Below are positions 63,498 through 64,000 of a stretch of DNA of 64,000 bases, in pieces (position 1 is the stretch's first letter; each line of letters opens with the position of its first letter). This stretch comes from Promethearchaeota archaeon. Lineage in GTDB: Archaea > Asgardarchaeota > Heimdallarchaeia > Hodarchaeales > Hodarchaeaceae. The DNA lies in the NCBI GenBank assembly GCA_048938105.1, contig JBHLMN010000006.1:160001-224000 (forward strand). The letters are read 5' to 3'. Position numbers and translations under genes: made by a program. The notes beneath the pieces were generated by a model. It ran no database searches. It worked only from the letters and a program-made list of their open reading frames with translations, and had not been told where the DNA came from.

Positions 63498-64000
63498 ATG
63501 GATTTATTCAAAATTCTCAAATTAAACAAAATCGCATATAAAATAGCTGCATTAGCTCTAGTTATAGCGTTAGTACCTATAGTAGTTATTACTGTTTTTA
63601 ATGCATCAGCTCTTCAAAATGAACTTTATTCAAATGTAAAACATGATTTGACCAACAGAGCAACAGATGTAATGCATATCAGCAATGAAATGCTATTAAA
63701 TCCTGTAGAGAGCGTTGAAAGCTTAGCTGAAAGCACAATGGTTCGAAGAAGCGCTTTAAATGCAACAAAACAAAATTTGACTGTATTATGGGATAGTTAT
63801 GAAGGAGCAAACTTTGATAATGATGAGAATATGAAAAATAATAAAACAGCGAAGACATGGAATCCAGATAATGACATTGATCCTGGACTCTCTTCATACT
63901 TGGATACTTTTGCAATCAGATTTGGTTTTTCAGAGGTATTTATTGCCGATTCCCGAGGTTATGTATATGCTTGCTCCCAATCGGTTCCAGGTGATTTTTT
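63498..64000 (+). CDS. Partial membrane sensor with Cache-like extracellular domain (chemoreceptor or kinase)
   Basis: Hand translation MDLFKILKLNKIAYKIAALALVIALVPIVVITVFN...FSEVFIADSRGYVYACS...: TM1, long helix, dCache-like EVFIADxxG strand; open to the right edge. Confidence 0.7.
   Translation, partial: MDLFKILKLNKIAYKIAALALVIALVPIVVITVFNASALQNELYSNVKHDLTNRATDVMHISNEMLLNPVESVESLAESTMVRRSALNATKQNLTVLWDSYEGANFDNDENMKNNKTAKTWNPDNDIDPGLSSYLDTFAIRFGFSEVFIADSRGYVYACSQSVPGDF

Noticed and set aside
63679-63915. 78-aa minus-strand ORF
   Set aside because: Shadow of the plus-strand sensor gene starting at 63498

Overview
AT-rich archaeal chromosomal segment, probably from an Asgard archaeon (Heimdallarchaeia/Hodarchaeales-like). 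The taxonomy is inferred from archaeal RadA and Cdc6/Orc1, a 13-PAS histidine kinase, an orphan 7TM protein and a RING-like zinc finger. The left half holds housekeeping and metabolic genes (glpK, radA, cdc6, PiT/DUF47, gyaR, hypE/hypC, menA) and an unusual coupled gene pair: a CBS-domain 4-TM protein and an RGG-rich, two-pass membrane protein ending in two zinc ribbons and a C4C4-RING-like finger. That pair is a candidate membrane-anchored ubiquitin-ligase or signalling module. The right half holds two tandem 988-aa FAD/Fe-S 2-hydroxyacid dehydrogenase paralogues sharing a 27-bp upstream element, a fused CoA-transferase, and a ~16 kb TCA/rTCA cluster (sucCD, two-subunit fumarase, diheme sdhDCAB, ATP-citrate lyase, IDH, aconitase). 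The cluster contains no malate dehydrogenase but does contain a LarA-family racemase. The window ends with a GH2 beta-galactosidase, a decayed copy of its 3' end bounded by a 41-bp tandem repeat, an orphan ABC permease, a ferritin-like gene and a partial Cache-domain sensor. No rRNA, tRNA, CRISPR array or transposase was recognised. All family calls come from motif recognition, not database searches.
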